From: Octopus bimaculoides
Lineage: Eukaryota
NCBI RefSeq assembly: GCF_001194135.2
Contig: NC_068982.1
Coordinates: 39,589,881-39,653,880 of the forward strand
DNA length: 64,000 nucleotides
Reading direction: 5' to 3'
A program made the translations under genes and the position numbers. The notes beneath the pieces are model-generated. The model did no database searches, was not told where the DNA came from, and saw only the letters and a program-made list of their open reading frames with translations. Numbering within the stretch: the first letter of the stretch is position 1; every line of letters starts with the position of its first letter. Positions 40,686-53,119 of the stretch are shown one piece after another.

Positions 40686-41008
40686 GNNNNNNNNNNNNNN
40701 NNNNNNNNNNNNNNNNNNNNNNNNNNNNNNNNNNNNNNNNNNNNNNNNNNNNNNNNNNNNNNNNNNNNNNNNNNNNNNNNNNNNNNNNNNNNNNNNNNNN
40801 NNNNNNNNNNNNNNNNNNNNNNNNNNNNNNNNNNNNNNNNNNNNNNNNNNNNNNNNNNNNNNNNNNNNNNNNNNNNNNNNNNNNNNNNNNNNNNNNNNNN
40901 NNNNNNNNNNNNNNNNNNNNNNNNNNNNNNNNNNNNNNNNNNNNNNNNNNNNNNNNNNNNNNNNNNNNNNNNNNNNNNNNNNNNNNNNNNNNNNNNNNNN
41001 NNNNNNNN

Positions 41009-41069
<61 letters not shown>

Positions 41070-41844
41070 TTATCTTTATCACTCTCTTTCTCTCTCTGTT
41101 TATTGGGGGAAAAAAGCATCGAAAGATGTATTTTAACGCATGTACGTGATCACGTATACACTTAAACAAAATATAACGAAACTAAAAGACAACAGGTGAC
41201 ATTAATTTACGAACGACATTAAACAGTCGCATAAATCCTAAGCGCGATCTTTTATGTGTAAATCGCTTCAGGTTCGTATTCCAGTTCGTACACTGAGTTA
41301 GAGGAAAACAAATATCGCCATGAAAAATACATACAAATTTGTGTAAATGTAAACAAAGGAACTAATCTACACACAGTATCTACTAAATATTCAAGTATTT
41401 CTAAGACAAAGCATTAAAACTGAAGCTATTTCAAAACTGCTATTAAAGAGAAACTTTCATGGAATTATGAAATTTTTATCTACTAGCTTCTGAAAACAGC
41501 TTAGTATTCTGTTTATTCATAATAACGTTTTAGTATTTCACAGTTGCTTTTCGTTTTCTTTTTATCTGTGACTAAAGATGATGATAAGAATGAAGTATAT
41601 TCATTTATATTTTATCATCTTTAGTCTAAATATTAAAATCATCATTGAGTTTACTTGCTATTTTATACGTATTACATCAATAGCATCTCTATAACTTTAG
41701 CAATGAAAGCATTACGAAAGAATAAATAAACAGACTTTCTAATCAACAAACGTGAAAACCGAGAATTACATTATGTAATTTTGTCATGAGTAATACATAA
41801 AGCTCTAATATCAATATTTTTCCAATATTAAATATGTTTATAAA

Positions 41845-42040
41845 GGCGGTGTGCTGCCTGAATATTAGCAGAACACTTGGCATCATTTTCCCGGTTTTTA
41901 CATTTTGAGTTCCAATTCCACCAAGACTTTGTCTTTCACTCCTCGGGATCGATAAAATAAGTACCAGTTGAGCACTGAGGTCGATGTAATCGGTTTACTC
42001 GCCTCCCTAAAATTGCTGGCCTTGTGCCAACATTTGAAAT
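41845..42040 (+). mobile_element. Family A SINE
   Basis: ggcggtgtgctg...ttgagttccaattcc...cgggatcgataaaataagtaccagttgagcactg. Confidence 0.82.
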
Positions 42041-42222
42041 ATGTTTACACCTCCTCTGAGTCCTCAGAAGGCATAAGATATAAATGTCTGCTTTGGTATT
42101 CGTGTTGTAGGCTTGCCAATTGCAGACATCTGTAGAACAATGATAGTAGCTAGCTAAATATAGATATTACTGGGAAAGTAATAACATAAATATAGTATAT
42201 ATGCACGCGCGTGTATATAGAC

Positions 42223-42660
42223 ATAATCCTTTTTATTATAGGTACAAAGCCAGAAATTTTTGGGGAGGGGACTAGTCGGTTACATCGACACAAATGTTTC
42301 AATGGTACTTAATTTATCGACCCCGAAAGGATGAAAGGTAAAGTCGATCTCAGCAGAATTTGAACTCAGAACGTAGCCACAGTTGAAATACCGCTAGGCA
42401 TTTAGTCTGGCGCGCTAACGATTCTTATTTCTTTACTGCCCACAAGGGGCTACACACAGATGGGACAAACAAAGACAGACAAACGAATTAAGTCGATTAT
42501 ATCGACCCCAGTGCGTAACTGGTACTTATTTAATCGACCCCGAAAAGATGAAAGGCAAAATCGACCTCAGCGGAATTTGAACTCAGAACGCAGCGGCAGA
42601 CGAAATACCGCTACGCATTTTGCCCGGCGCACTATAACGATTCTGCCAGCTCGTCACCTT
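42223..42660 (-). mobile_element. Two tandem family A SINEs
   Basis: Copies at about 42223-42425 and 42427-42660, each with gaccccgaaa.gatgaaagg..aa.tcga.ctcag..gaatttgaactcagaacg. Confidence 0.88.
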
Positions 42661-43439
42661 GTGAGTACAGATATAACGCCACTTGGACAGCAAGGGAATA
42701 GCACTCCCACCTCCCTATAGATCTTGAACTGCCTCTGAAATTGGTAGAAGAGGCGGAGAAATATACTCTCAAACCGAAAACTTGGTCTCACGGAGTAAAT
42801 ATACACGAATTACATTTACCCTTTTACAATTCTGGCAGTGTACCCCTCCTGCACTATCAACTTTCTATCGACGCCGGAAAAGATAAAAAGGGCAATACTG
42901 ATCACGTAGGGATTTGATATGAGCTGGAACACATAGAGCTAAAAGTTTTAACCATTGCTCTAATGAATACTAATTTACTTCTGCGTGTCATTAGTATCTC
43001 TTTGGCAGTCGTTATCATCTCAGTGTCAAGCTACAATATGTTGGGTTTTAATGAAGCACTCTTAGTATAGCACTAATTATAATTGTCTTCTCTGTGTAGG
43101 AAAACATTCTCGATCAATAAAAGGACACGTCTTTGTCATTGCGCTAAGAAAATATTATTGATGGGAGAAATAAGAGATCCTTTTGGTTCGTTTATAGAAG
43201 CGCTGATGTTTCTGATAATAAAAGCGTAGATTTTTCATAAATATTATTGAAATTGGTAATGTATGCGTGAAATTATTGATCAGATGGCTACGACTGTCTT
43301 CGGATAAAAATTGTTTGGCACACTGGAAACTCTATCGGTTCTTGTAGCTTAAGCGTGACAGGAGATTAGAAAATATTGATGGATTGGATTTACTACGGAT
43401 GAAAACTAGAATGATATCTGTGTGTGTGTGTGTGCGTGC

Positions 43440-43471
43440 GAGAGAAAGAGAGAGGGAGAGAGAGAGAGAGA

Positions 43472-43565
<94 letters not shown>
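43440..43565. repeat. (AG)n microsatellite
   Basis: Direct reading. Confidence 0.98.
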
Positions 43566-43567
<2 letters not shown>

Positions 43568-44799
43568 AAGATAATGCCAAAGGAGATAATATACAAAGGA
43601 AAATAGCAAGGAAGAGAAAAGCATGGCGCCAGATAAAAAGCTGAAAAACAAGAAGAAATGAACCTGAAATGAGAAGCAATGCTTGATTCCTCTTAGGAAC
43701 CCAGGACCGTGTTGATTAGTTTATGCCCAATGGTTATAACGGGAGAGATTGTGCTGCATATTGGATGATGGTAACCTGCTAAGAGATGTTTATTTGAACT
43801 GGATATAAACACTGATGTAACAAGGTCTCAAGTCGTTTATGTCTAGATATTATTATAACCAGTGATTTTATTTTGAGTGCTTTTTACCTAAAGGAAAAAT
43901 TAGTGGATTTAAATTAGCATCTTAGCTTGATTAAGTTGATTTAGTGATGCGTTGTATTTCTAAAAGTATATGTGTGGTTATTGGAATCCAAGGAGGTGAA
44001 TGCTGTACTGAGAAGCAGTAGAATAATATCAATATCATTATAACTCAATACGATGCTTCCTTATTTGTTATAACCACAAAACCAAATCTCTTTGAAGAAA
44101 TAAATTTGTATTAAAAGACCATGTTTGTTTTCAGACTTTTAGTTAGCCCTTGTTTCGTACGTTCTGTGTTAAATAAAGCTTTGGTTTTCCTAAAAGGTTT
44201 TATCATATTTGATGTATGGGTATTAGAGGAATATGTCCTGTGTATCACATGTGATAAACAAGTTACGCGTGGTATTAATATATACATATATAGCCATACA
44301 ACTTGCTATAGCTTTGGCGCTGACGGAAAAAAACTGGTGGTAGTACCTAGTAAATTCAAAGACCATCAAAGATAATCTAATTGAACCAAATATTTTGCTC
44401 AACAAAATTAACATACCATACACACAAAATTCGATAATTTTTTATGAATTATTTGCTTTAACACGACTACAACATTTATATAACACCCGGCTGTTGGTAT
44501 TTTGTTCGGTTGCTTCATTTGCGTTTTATATGGTTATATTATTTTAATGTCGTGTTTCTAATGAAACGATACCACAAAACAATGCAAACACTCAAACAAG
44601 TAAATAATACAACAGAAAAATATTAACAATCAAAATGCAATGACCCAAACATGCCTTTCACTAACAAATTAATTGAAAATAAAAATTAGGTTTAAAAATC
44701 ACGTGACCAGAAAATGAATCCACTCAACAGATGACATAAACAAAGCAATGAATAGATATACAAACAAATGTTTACATCCACACAAACAGATACAAATAA

Positions 44800-45490
44800 G
44801 AGTACTGCATTGTAAGAGGTTTTGTCTGTAGATCACAGCGGCAAGAAATGCAAGTTAGAAAATTCTGCTGGTGAAAGCTATGAAGTTTCTTGATGTTTCA
44901 GCAGTACAGGCTTTATGTAATGCATCCTAAGTGTAAGATTGAAATGCTGAGGTATGTTTCGTACAAAGAATTCCAGTGCAGGAATTACTGCTTAAAATTC
45001 CGCTGAGATTTTGTTTGCAGCACTTGAAGGACTTTGGGGATACTGAAATCGTCGGCTGTTTTCAGGATCCCTGAAGGTTTTCTTTGTATCGGTTGCTGGA
45101 TGTTGTTCAAAGAATTTCTCGTTTTGCATTGACGAGACCCGAAACTATTTCATTACTATCGTCAAACGAATATTGATCTCGTTTGGAAAGCTGATAGTTT
45201 CTCAGTTGTTTCCACGATAACGTTTTGATGCAGTTCATCCTTCGTGTGTGTATGCTGTGTTGATTTGATTGTTGATTTCTTGTTGCTTCTAATCTCTTGC
45301 ATTTCTTCAGGGTATTTTTCGTCTTCAATTTACAAAATGATAATATTGCTTTTCGACATGCTGATTGCATGAAGGTGTGTTTTCCAAAGGGATGGAGACC
45401 TTCATTGGACTGATAAAGAATTTGTAGTCTGTCTAGTGTTTGTTCGCGTTTCGAGGCCCTATGAATGGTTTGAACATGAGTACATCCATA
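44800..45490 (-). mobile_element. Decayed CR1/Rex-Babar-like LINE (EN-RT junction)
   Basis: KREQTLDRLQILYQSNEGLHPFGK resembles TR..TLD.CY....AY....P.FGKSDH. Very degenerate. Confidence 0.35.
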
Positions 45491-45597
45491 TAGTATCGAA
45501 GATGTTTGGAAGGGGGAGCTAGTTAAGAGCTAAAAAGAACCCGAAAAGAAAAGAAAGTGAGTAATGAAATAGATGTTCATAGGTTGAAAAAGTAGTG

Positions 45598-45647
<50 letters not shown>

Positions 45648-45737
45648 ATGATAAGGATGAAGTCACGGAACAAACGAAAAGCAGAAAATGCAAGGATGAA
45701 ATGTAATCGAAAAGGAATAGAAAAATATTGTTAATGA

Positions 45738-45931
45738 TGTTGAGCTAGCAGAATCGTTGGCACGCCGGGCGAGATGCGCCTTTACGTTCTGAGTTCAAAT
45801 TCCGCCGAGGTCGACTGCGCCTTTTATCCTTTCGGGATCGATAAAATAAGTACCAGTTGAGTACTGGAGTCGATGTAATCGACTTTCCGCCTCCGATGAA
45901 CGTGCTGGCATTGAGCCAAAATTCGAAAACA
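45738..45931 (+). mobile_element. Family A SINE
   Basis: gagctagcagaatcgttggcacgccgggcga...gagttcaaattccgccgaggtcgac...cctttcgggatcgataaaataagtacc. Confidence 0.9.
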
Positions 45932-47349
45932 ATGATACTAGAAGTAGGTGGATGATTATTTAGAATTCGATGAAGGTGGAGATTTAGTATTGGGAAACGA
46001 CAGAGTATTGTTATTTTCAGTATAAGGAAAGTACAGATTTTATTTTATATTCTTTATCATCATTTAGTGTGGTTTGAGTGAAAAATGAGAGAGAGAAAAA
46101 GTGGGTGACGAATTATAATTAAAACGGCATTGAGAGAATAAAAAGGAAATTTGGGGTGAAGTGAAAAAGTGAAAACACGATTGGTTTGAGATAAAACGCT
46201 GAAATTTCGATAATAGAAAATCGAAGAACTTCACAAAAAAAAAAAACACTCCAGCTTGTTTGAGGGAAATTAATATTTAAAATGCATTACATTATATTTT
46301 TAATTGAAATATTTTTGAAGGTGTATGACATTAATGATATTATCATTCTTAATCTATTTGAGTTCATCAGGTGTTATTGAACACGATGTAATGTATAAAG
46401 GACAATTCTACCGTAATTAACTCTTCGAAATAGGAAAGGAAATACCGCAGTCATGTTATCAATATTTATCGAATAATGGAATCAATCAATTGTTAAATGT
46501 CGTTGTTAAGGGTAATTTAACCATGATTACATCGGTAATTTTCAGGTTTCCGATGATGACAGCTTACGGTCAATATGAGATTGCATCTCTCGAAACTAGT
46601 AAGCACTTGATGGGTCTAATGGTATCTCAGTCATGGATAGCAAAATGTGAGAAACGTGTAGTTATTAGTGTTGAGCTATTGGGATGAAATTCCCATGCCA
46701 ACATTTCCAGAATCTCGGTAAATTAGGCTTGCAAATGTATTACACACAGATATACACTTAAAATATAAATTTAAATTAAAGGGGGTTATGATAATCAAAT
46801 TGATGAGCGTGATATGGGAAACTGTGTCGATATCGCCAGTGTGCGTTATAACATTTAGTGTTATTGGATTGTCAGATTTGTTTGAGCGTCGATATATATT
46901 CCGGCACTTAATTTTTCAGTTCAAATTCTATCAACGTAAACTTTCTATTTCATCTTTCCGAGGTCGATAAAATAAAGTACCGGTCAATTTGCCGGGTTGA
47001 TGTAATCATCTTGTCCCTCTATCGTGAATCTATGGCCTTCTGTATATGTTAGAAGCATTTATAAGAGAGACTATGGTTTGACCGAACATCTGGTAGGTAA
47101 GATGTTTTGATTTATTAGTTGTGACTTTACGTCAAGTAGCAGAGATCAGATGTCAAAGATGCAAAGAGCGATTCGCACTTTCTCATCTCCCGCCAACCCT
47201 TTTCTGTGATAAATGCCCCTGGCTCTTCTAAACCACCCTTAACCTGAACAACCACCCCGGGCACCGGCAATCTTCGCACCCATTAGGATGAAGAAGCTTA
47301 ATCACTCACTACAGATTAACTACTAGGACACGAGTTAACGACGGCAACG

Positions 47350-48140
47350 ACGACGTTCCGAGTTCAACTTGGCCTTTCTCTCCACGTCAATAAAAGTATC
47401 TGTCAAAATTAGGGTCGATGGTATCGACTAACCTCCACTCTCCAAAACTGCCGATTTTGTGCTAAAATTAGAAAACATTTGCATTGCTTCTAATCTTGGC
47501 AGAAGGTAAGTTATTTTGAAAGGAGGGCCGTTTAGTGGACAGCATTGACTCCATTACTTAACTAACTAATATCGGCGCGATTTGAACTCAGAACTTAAAG
47601 CCCCGGAAGTAATGCCACAAAGAAATTTTTCCGATTGCGTAACGATTCTACGGTTCCCTGATTTAATAACAAGGCCAGAAATTTTGAAGGAAAAAGTGAG
47701 TCGATTTTCCCTCCCGTTTAAATTGTTAGCCTTCTGCCAAAATCAGAAACTATTACCAGGTTGGCAGATTGACAGAATCATTAGAATGTGGGGAAAGGGT
47801 CTGTAGTATTTCTTCGAGCATTTAAAGATCTGAGTTTATATCCCGCTAAGGTCGAATTCACCTTTCATTTTTCTGAGGTCGATAAACTAAGTATCAATTG
47901 AACATCAGAGTTGTTTAGCTGACCATCTCCCTACCCTAAAATTGCTGCTCTTGCACCAAAATTAAAATCATTAGTGGTCAAAATCTTCAACGGTATTTTG
48001 TTCCGGTTCGTTACGTTTTGAGTTCAAATGCCGCTAAGGTCAACTTTGCCTTTTGTACTTTGATTGATGTTAAAATACGAACCACTGAAGTGCTTGATGG
48101 AGGGGTTGATGTATTCGACTTTCCCCTTCTCGTCAAAGTT
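47350..48140. mobile_element. Cluster of diverged family A SINE copies
   Basis: Plus copies at about 47350-47480, 47750-47970 and 47990-48140; short minus piece at about 47575-47650. Confidence 0.7.
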
Positions 48141-48159
48141 ACAGGTCTTTTGTTCAGCT

Positions 48160-48700
48160 TATGTGAATTTCTACTGTGTCAGTTGCATCTCCGCGTTTGC
48201 GAGTCATTTTTAGTATTGTTTGTTTATTTTTGGTGGTGGGAGATGCAGAATTGTGGTCATATGCTACAACAGTTTTGAATTGTTGTGACGTTGTTTATTT
48301 ATGTATTTTGTTAGTATTTCGTGTCTTTGTATTCTTGAATATTGGAATGACAATTGAGTATATTTAGCGATGATCATTGTTTTGTACTTGGTGCGTGAAT
48401 TGCAATATGTGTTTGAGAGGGTAAGTTTGTAGAGTAGTATGTGTTTTGCGAGTTCTGTCATACTATTAACTGTAAATCGGATAAAATTTAAGTTGTGTGA
48501 ATTGTTAGCGGTGGGAAGGATGATTTGTATCATTGGATGCTGAATATGTAAGAGTATGAGCTCCCATATTTTATTAATTGATGATTGTATATTCTGTGTT
48601 CTATAGTTGATACGAATGGAATTTATTGTATCATTTGTGATATGAAACTCCAGGTCTCTTGCGTAAGATATAGTGTACACTTTGTAGGACTAATTTTGAA
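48160..48700 (-). mobile_element. CR1-like LINE RT C-terminal fragment
   Basis: MYTISYARDLEF...QSSINKIWELILLHIQHPM...LAKHILLYKL resembles LY...VRP.LEY...LE.VQR.....L.Y..RL..L.L...RGDLI..YKI. Confidence 0.5.
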
Positions 48701-49099
48701 CTGTGTGCAGAATCTGTACCAAAGAAGTAGTTATGAATAACATTAGATTAGAAAGAGACTAATCAGTAGATTAAAGGGGAGAGATTAGAGAAAATATTGT
48801 TACTAATGTGCCGGCATTTAAAATGACGCACTATCGTTTTCTCAATCTGAAATACGACTCTTGGATGCCAGAATTAATTTTCTTTGCTCTAACATGACGA
48901 GCAACATAGCCACAGTTAAACATTTGACGGACAATGATAAAAACCTAATATTCGATTTTATGGTGTTTATTATATTCTAGCTGCGCTTCCCTAAAATGTA
49001 TGTGGATTAGTCGTATCAATGTTTAGTTGGGCTTAAATGGTCTCTGCAACGGGAAGATCATCTGAGTTGGTTTGACTGACAAGTTCTATAGATACATAC

Positions 49100-50060
49100 C
49101 AAGCTTCTTGCCCTTCTTTTGGCAGGTACCTTTCATGACAGGCAGCAGAGAGAAAACATACCTAATTCTTTGAGTCAGTGTTTGGTGACGCTGCTGAGAG
49201 ATGACAAAGAATGAAAATATTGACACTCGCCATTACATAATTCTCTTGATCACGAGATTTAAGAATTTTGTCAAGATGCTTGGGAAGAGTTTGTCATTTC
49301 TTTTCAACAGAGTGATCTTTAGCGTGCAAACCTGCAGCTTTCCTGGCAGATCTCTACAAAACATACTCCACATGAAATAATATAATGTAAAAAGGGTGAA
49401 TAATAAAGCTATGTTCGGTGGGTCCCTATTACACTTGGATTGGATTAATCCAAAGTTTTCCATAGAGTTAACTATCGGTACTTGACGAATGTCCTCAAAC
49501 ACCGGTTTCGATCTCAGAAGCTGAATCACATTCAGTGAAAAGTGACATCTCGGTAGTTTGATAAAATATTCAGCTATCGAAACCTGTCGTCCAATGTGTA
49601 AGGCACCTGTAGTCATGGACGATATAATCGTATTGATGTAGGTACCATAGTGAAAGAATACCTGATGGTAACACGACCACGCTTTGATCAGAAGAAGTCA
49701 GAGTGCCAGCAATTCGGCATCTGGAAAGTTCATGCCGGCTAATTGATCACCACATTGACACTCCTGTAAGAATTCATAGCGACAGATTCATGTCAGTTTT
49801 GTTAGATAGTTAATGCATCGAAGGTAGGTCCAAAAAGATCAGTCTCATACAGAAATGGATCAAGATGAAGCTATTCCTGAAATGTTAGCAGTGGTGACGA
49901 ACGCACGCACTGCTATTTATTTTAATATCTGCAGCATCGTGATTCATCCTAGTTTTATTTGACAAGATTAAGACTCCAATTATTTTGTTCCTCCAGGCAA
50001 GGACGCATTTCACTATTCACATGATCCATCTACTGTCAACATTTGCGTTGATGGCTCGCT
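49100..50060 (+). mobile_element. Highly decayed Gypsy-like RT-RNase H
   Basis: YRYLTN (YRY.RMPFG), VMDDIIV (YMDDI.V), VNASKVG (TDAS..G) and FTIH (F.I.TDH) occur in the correct order. Confidence 0.55.
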
Positions 50061-51412
50061 AAATTTTCGCTGTCTGCCAGTGGGGATTGCTAGACAGAGT
50101 GAGGAAGTGCGGTCGACCTTTTTAATTTTCACTTGATTATATGGTCTTTAGTTATTGCAAACGCTGTAGCATAAATGAAAGCTTGCGGCAAACCGAATAC
50201 CCGACTTGGGTTTCATTCTAATTGTAGTCTTTTCACTGAAACTACATTGCGTAAGCGCGATCATCACACTAAATCCTTTGCAGTTCCTTATAAATTCAGG
50301 TCTTGCTAACTATATAATAAATAGTTATTCCATACGTGACAATGAAAAAAAAACAAAAAAAAAAACATCGATAACAATATCAACAACGACATACAAAATA
50401 TTAAATTGTTATGCTATGATATGATATTCTTACCAAACAAAAATGACCTCGTTATCATCATACGTAAAATAAAAAGAACAAGAAATTGACATCAGAAACT
50501 TGATATAAATTGAAACGCTGCGTGAAGCAGTTTAATGAGAGTTCGTTTCCATCCTTTAATGACATTCTGGTAGCTTCTAATTTAGATTTTGTTTGTTTAT
50601 TTATTTCTGTCATTGTTGAAGTTCGTTATATGCACGTCCGCGTCTATTCCAGAATTATAATGATGAGGTTGTTAACAGCAATATTTACAACGAGAACAAA
50701 AGTAAGAAACATAACCAACATATCTGAAAGAGATGTACAAAAGAAACCTATTTGATCGATAAAATTCGCAAATCATACAACTCAATGAATATTTGCTGTG
50801 CAACGGGACATAATTAGAGGCAAGGCAAACCCTACATCTTCAGTCTTAGTGGAATTACCAAGCACAGCTGTTATTTTCCAGCAGACATGCCATTCTTGTC
50901 CTAGAATTTCCAATATAGAAAGAGAACGTTAACACCTGTACAGTTTGGGTAGAATTCAATTCTCTTAGTTATTAATATTACTAAACAAATATAAACACAT
51001 TCTGTGGGTATTATTCCTTTCTTTGTTTCATAAGCTGCAACAGAACAAAATATAATTACAAACGAATATGATTGTCTTTATTAAAGTAGAAAACTAAGAT
51101 GGAGTCCATTTTCAGTTCACGTGAGCAGAATAAGACCTTTGTGTGTGTGTGTGTGTGTGTGTTGGCATGAGTGTGTTAGTGTGAGCATGAGTGTGAATGA
51201 TGAACATGTGTGTGTGTATGTGTGTTTGTGTGATTTTGCTTATATAATAGCTAAATTATCCGCTCAGTTTACAGCAACGATCTATCAATCTTTATCTGTC
51301 AATCTTATATCTTATACATATACGAAACTTCAAGTAGAGGCCTGAAATGTTTGCGGAAAGGATTTACTTATCGACCTCGGCAGACATTGCCATTCCAAAC
51401 GATAATGCCTGT

Positions 51413-51455
<43 letters not shown>

Positions 51456-51482
51456 CGTATATACATATATGTATGTTTGTAC

Positions 51483-51529
<47 letters not shown>

Positions 51530-51846
51530 GTATATACATATATGTATATGTTTATATGAGGACGAGGTTGCGTACACATATACATATATACATGTGTGCG
51601 TATGTCTGTGGATTTGTATGTATGATTACGTTCATACATATATGTTTATATGTTTTTTATGTGCATGTACATATTCATGTTTGTATGAGTGTGTAGGTAT
51701 GTAGACGTTGTGAACGCAGGAGGATTTTGTCTATGTATTGTGAGAATATAGTTCGTTTATTTTTTGTCTTTGTCCATTTTATTTTTCTCCCTATTAGAGT
51801 AACTTCCCTTTTATTCCACGGTTTTTCATGGCATCAGTTGCCATTA

Positions 51847-51905
51847 ATAGCCGACGAGAATGTATCGTAGCTCTTCGCTCCGACATTCGAAACTCCAAGT
51901 ACTAT
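51847..51905 (+). ncRNA. Type I hammerhead ribozyme-like motif with a U4C core variant
   Basis: AUAG CCGACGA GAAUGU..19 nt..ACAUUC GAA ACU CCA AGU A CUAU. Stems I (4 bp), II (6 bp plus extension) and III (3 bp) all pair, with a GUA cleavage triplet. Confidence 0.55.
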
Positions 51906-52684
51906 AGCGACAACTTTTACTGTTTGTTCAAAATTATAACATATATAATTCTCTATTTATCTAATATCGTGGTCTCATTCTTTTGCTTTTACTTTTTATT
52001 ATCATTATATATATATATATATATATATATATNNNNNNNNNNNNNNNNNNNNNNNNNNNNNNNNNNNNNNNNNNNNNNNNNNNNNNNNNNNNNNNNNNNN
52101 NNNNNNNNNNNNNNNNNNNNNNNNNNNNNNNNNNNNNNNNNNNNNNNNNNNNNNNNNNNNNNNNNNNNNNNNNNNNNNNNNNNNNNNNNNNNNNNNNNNN
52201 NNNNNNNNNNNNNNNNNNNNNNNNNNNNNNNNNNNNNNNNNNNNNNNNNNNNNNNNNNNNNNNNNNNNNNNNNNNNNNNNNNNNNNNNNNNNNNNNNNNN
52301 NNNNNNNNNNNNNNNNNNNNNNNNNNNNNNNNNNNNNNNNNNNNNNNNNNNNNNNNNNNNNNNNNNNNNNNNNNNNNNNNNNNNNNNNNNNNNNNNNNNN
52401 NNNNNNNNNNNNNNNNNNNNNNNNNNNNNNNNNNNNNNNNNNNNNNNNNNNNNNNNNNNNNNNNNNNNNNNNNNNNNNNNNNNNNNNNNNNNNNNNNNNN
52501 NNNNNNNNNNNNNNNNNNNNNNNNNNNNNNNNNNNNNNNNNNNNNNNNNNNNNNNNNNNNNNNNNNNNNNNNNNNNNNNNNNNNNNNNNNNNNNNNNNNN
52601 NNNNNNNNNNNNNNNNNNNNNNNNNNNNNNNNNNNNNNNNNNNNNNNNNNNNNNNNNNNNNNNNNNNNNNNNNNNNNNNNNNNC

Positions 52685-52770
<86 letters not shown>

Positions 52771-53119
52771 ATATATATAATTGTTTCGAATTTGTGTGAA
52801 TGAGTACAGAATAATATATCAGTTGAATAAAATTAAAACATAGTCCGGTTTTCACGTTTTTTATTATGGTATTTTAACATTAGAAAAAATATATTTTGTA
52901 ATGCTCATAAAGTTAAATTACCCCTTTCATACGTAGAGTAATCATCAAATTTCAAATGTGTTTAACTGACAATTCAGTTTTTGACAACTTTAGTACCTCT
53001 TAGAACGCTCCAACAAGCTGATATTTTACCTTTTGTTTAAGATAAGTGTTTGTTTAGTTATGTTGATTTTTTTTTTCATTTTTCACTTTGTTTTATGATT
53101 GGCAAATTTGTTTTGATGA

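Noticed and set aside
42040-42067. Minus-strand CUGAGGA CUC AGA GGAG...AAAC, also readable as an exon end
   Set aside because: No GAAA and a weak donor; probably a decayed repeat tail.
44401-44417. 17-nt identity (aacaaaattaacatacc) with the donor region at 3302-3318
   Set aside because: A match this long is plausible by chance in AT-rich 64 kb. The adjacent frame is not protein-like and lacks a polypyrimidine tract.
46546-46598. Plus-strand exon-like segment (FPMMTAYGQYEIASLET) with good splice sites
   Set aside because: It continues into GSNGISV..K.C, resembling the LINE RT-entry motif I.SL...KA.GPDGI. It is more likely a CR1/Jockey relic.
49090-49195. Two short minus-strand segments ending in GTATGT donors
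   Set aside because: They lie antisense within the Gypsy relic and are probably chance sites.
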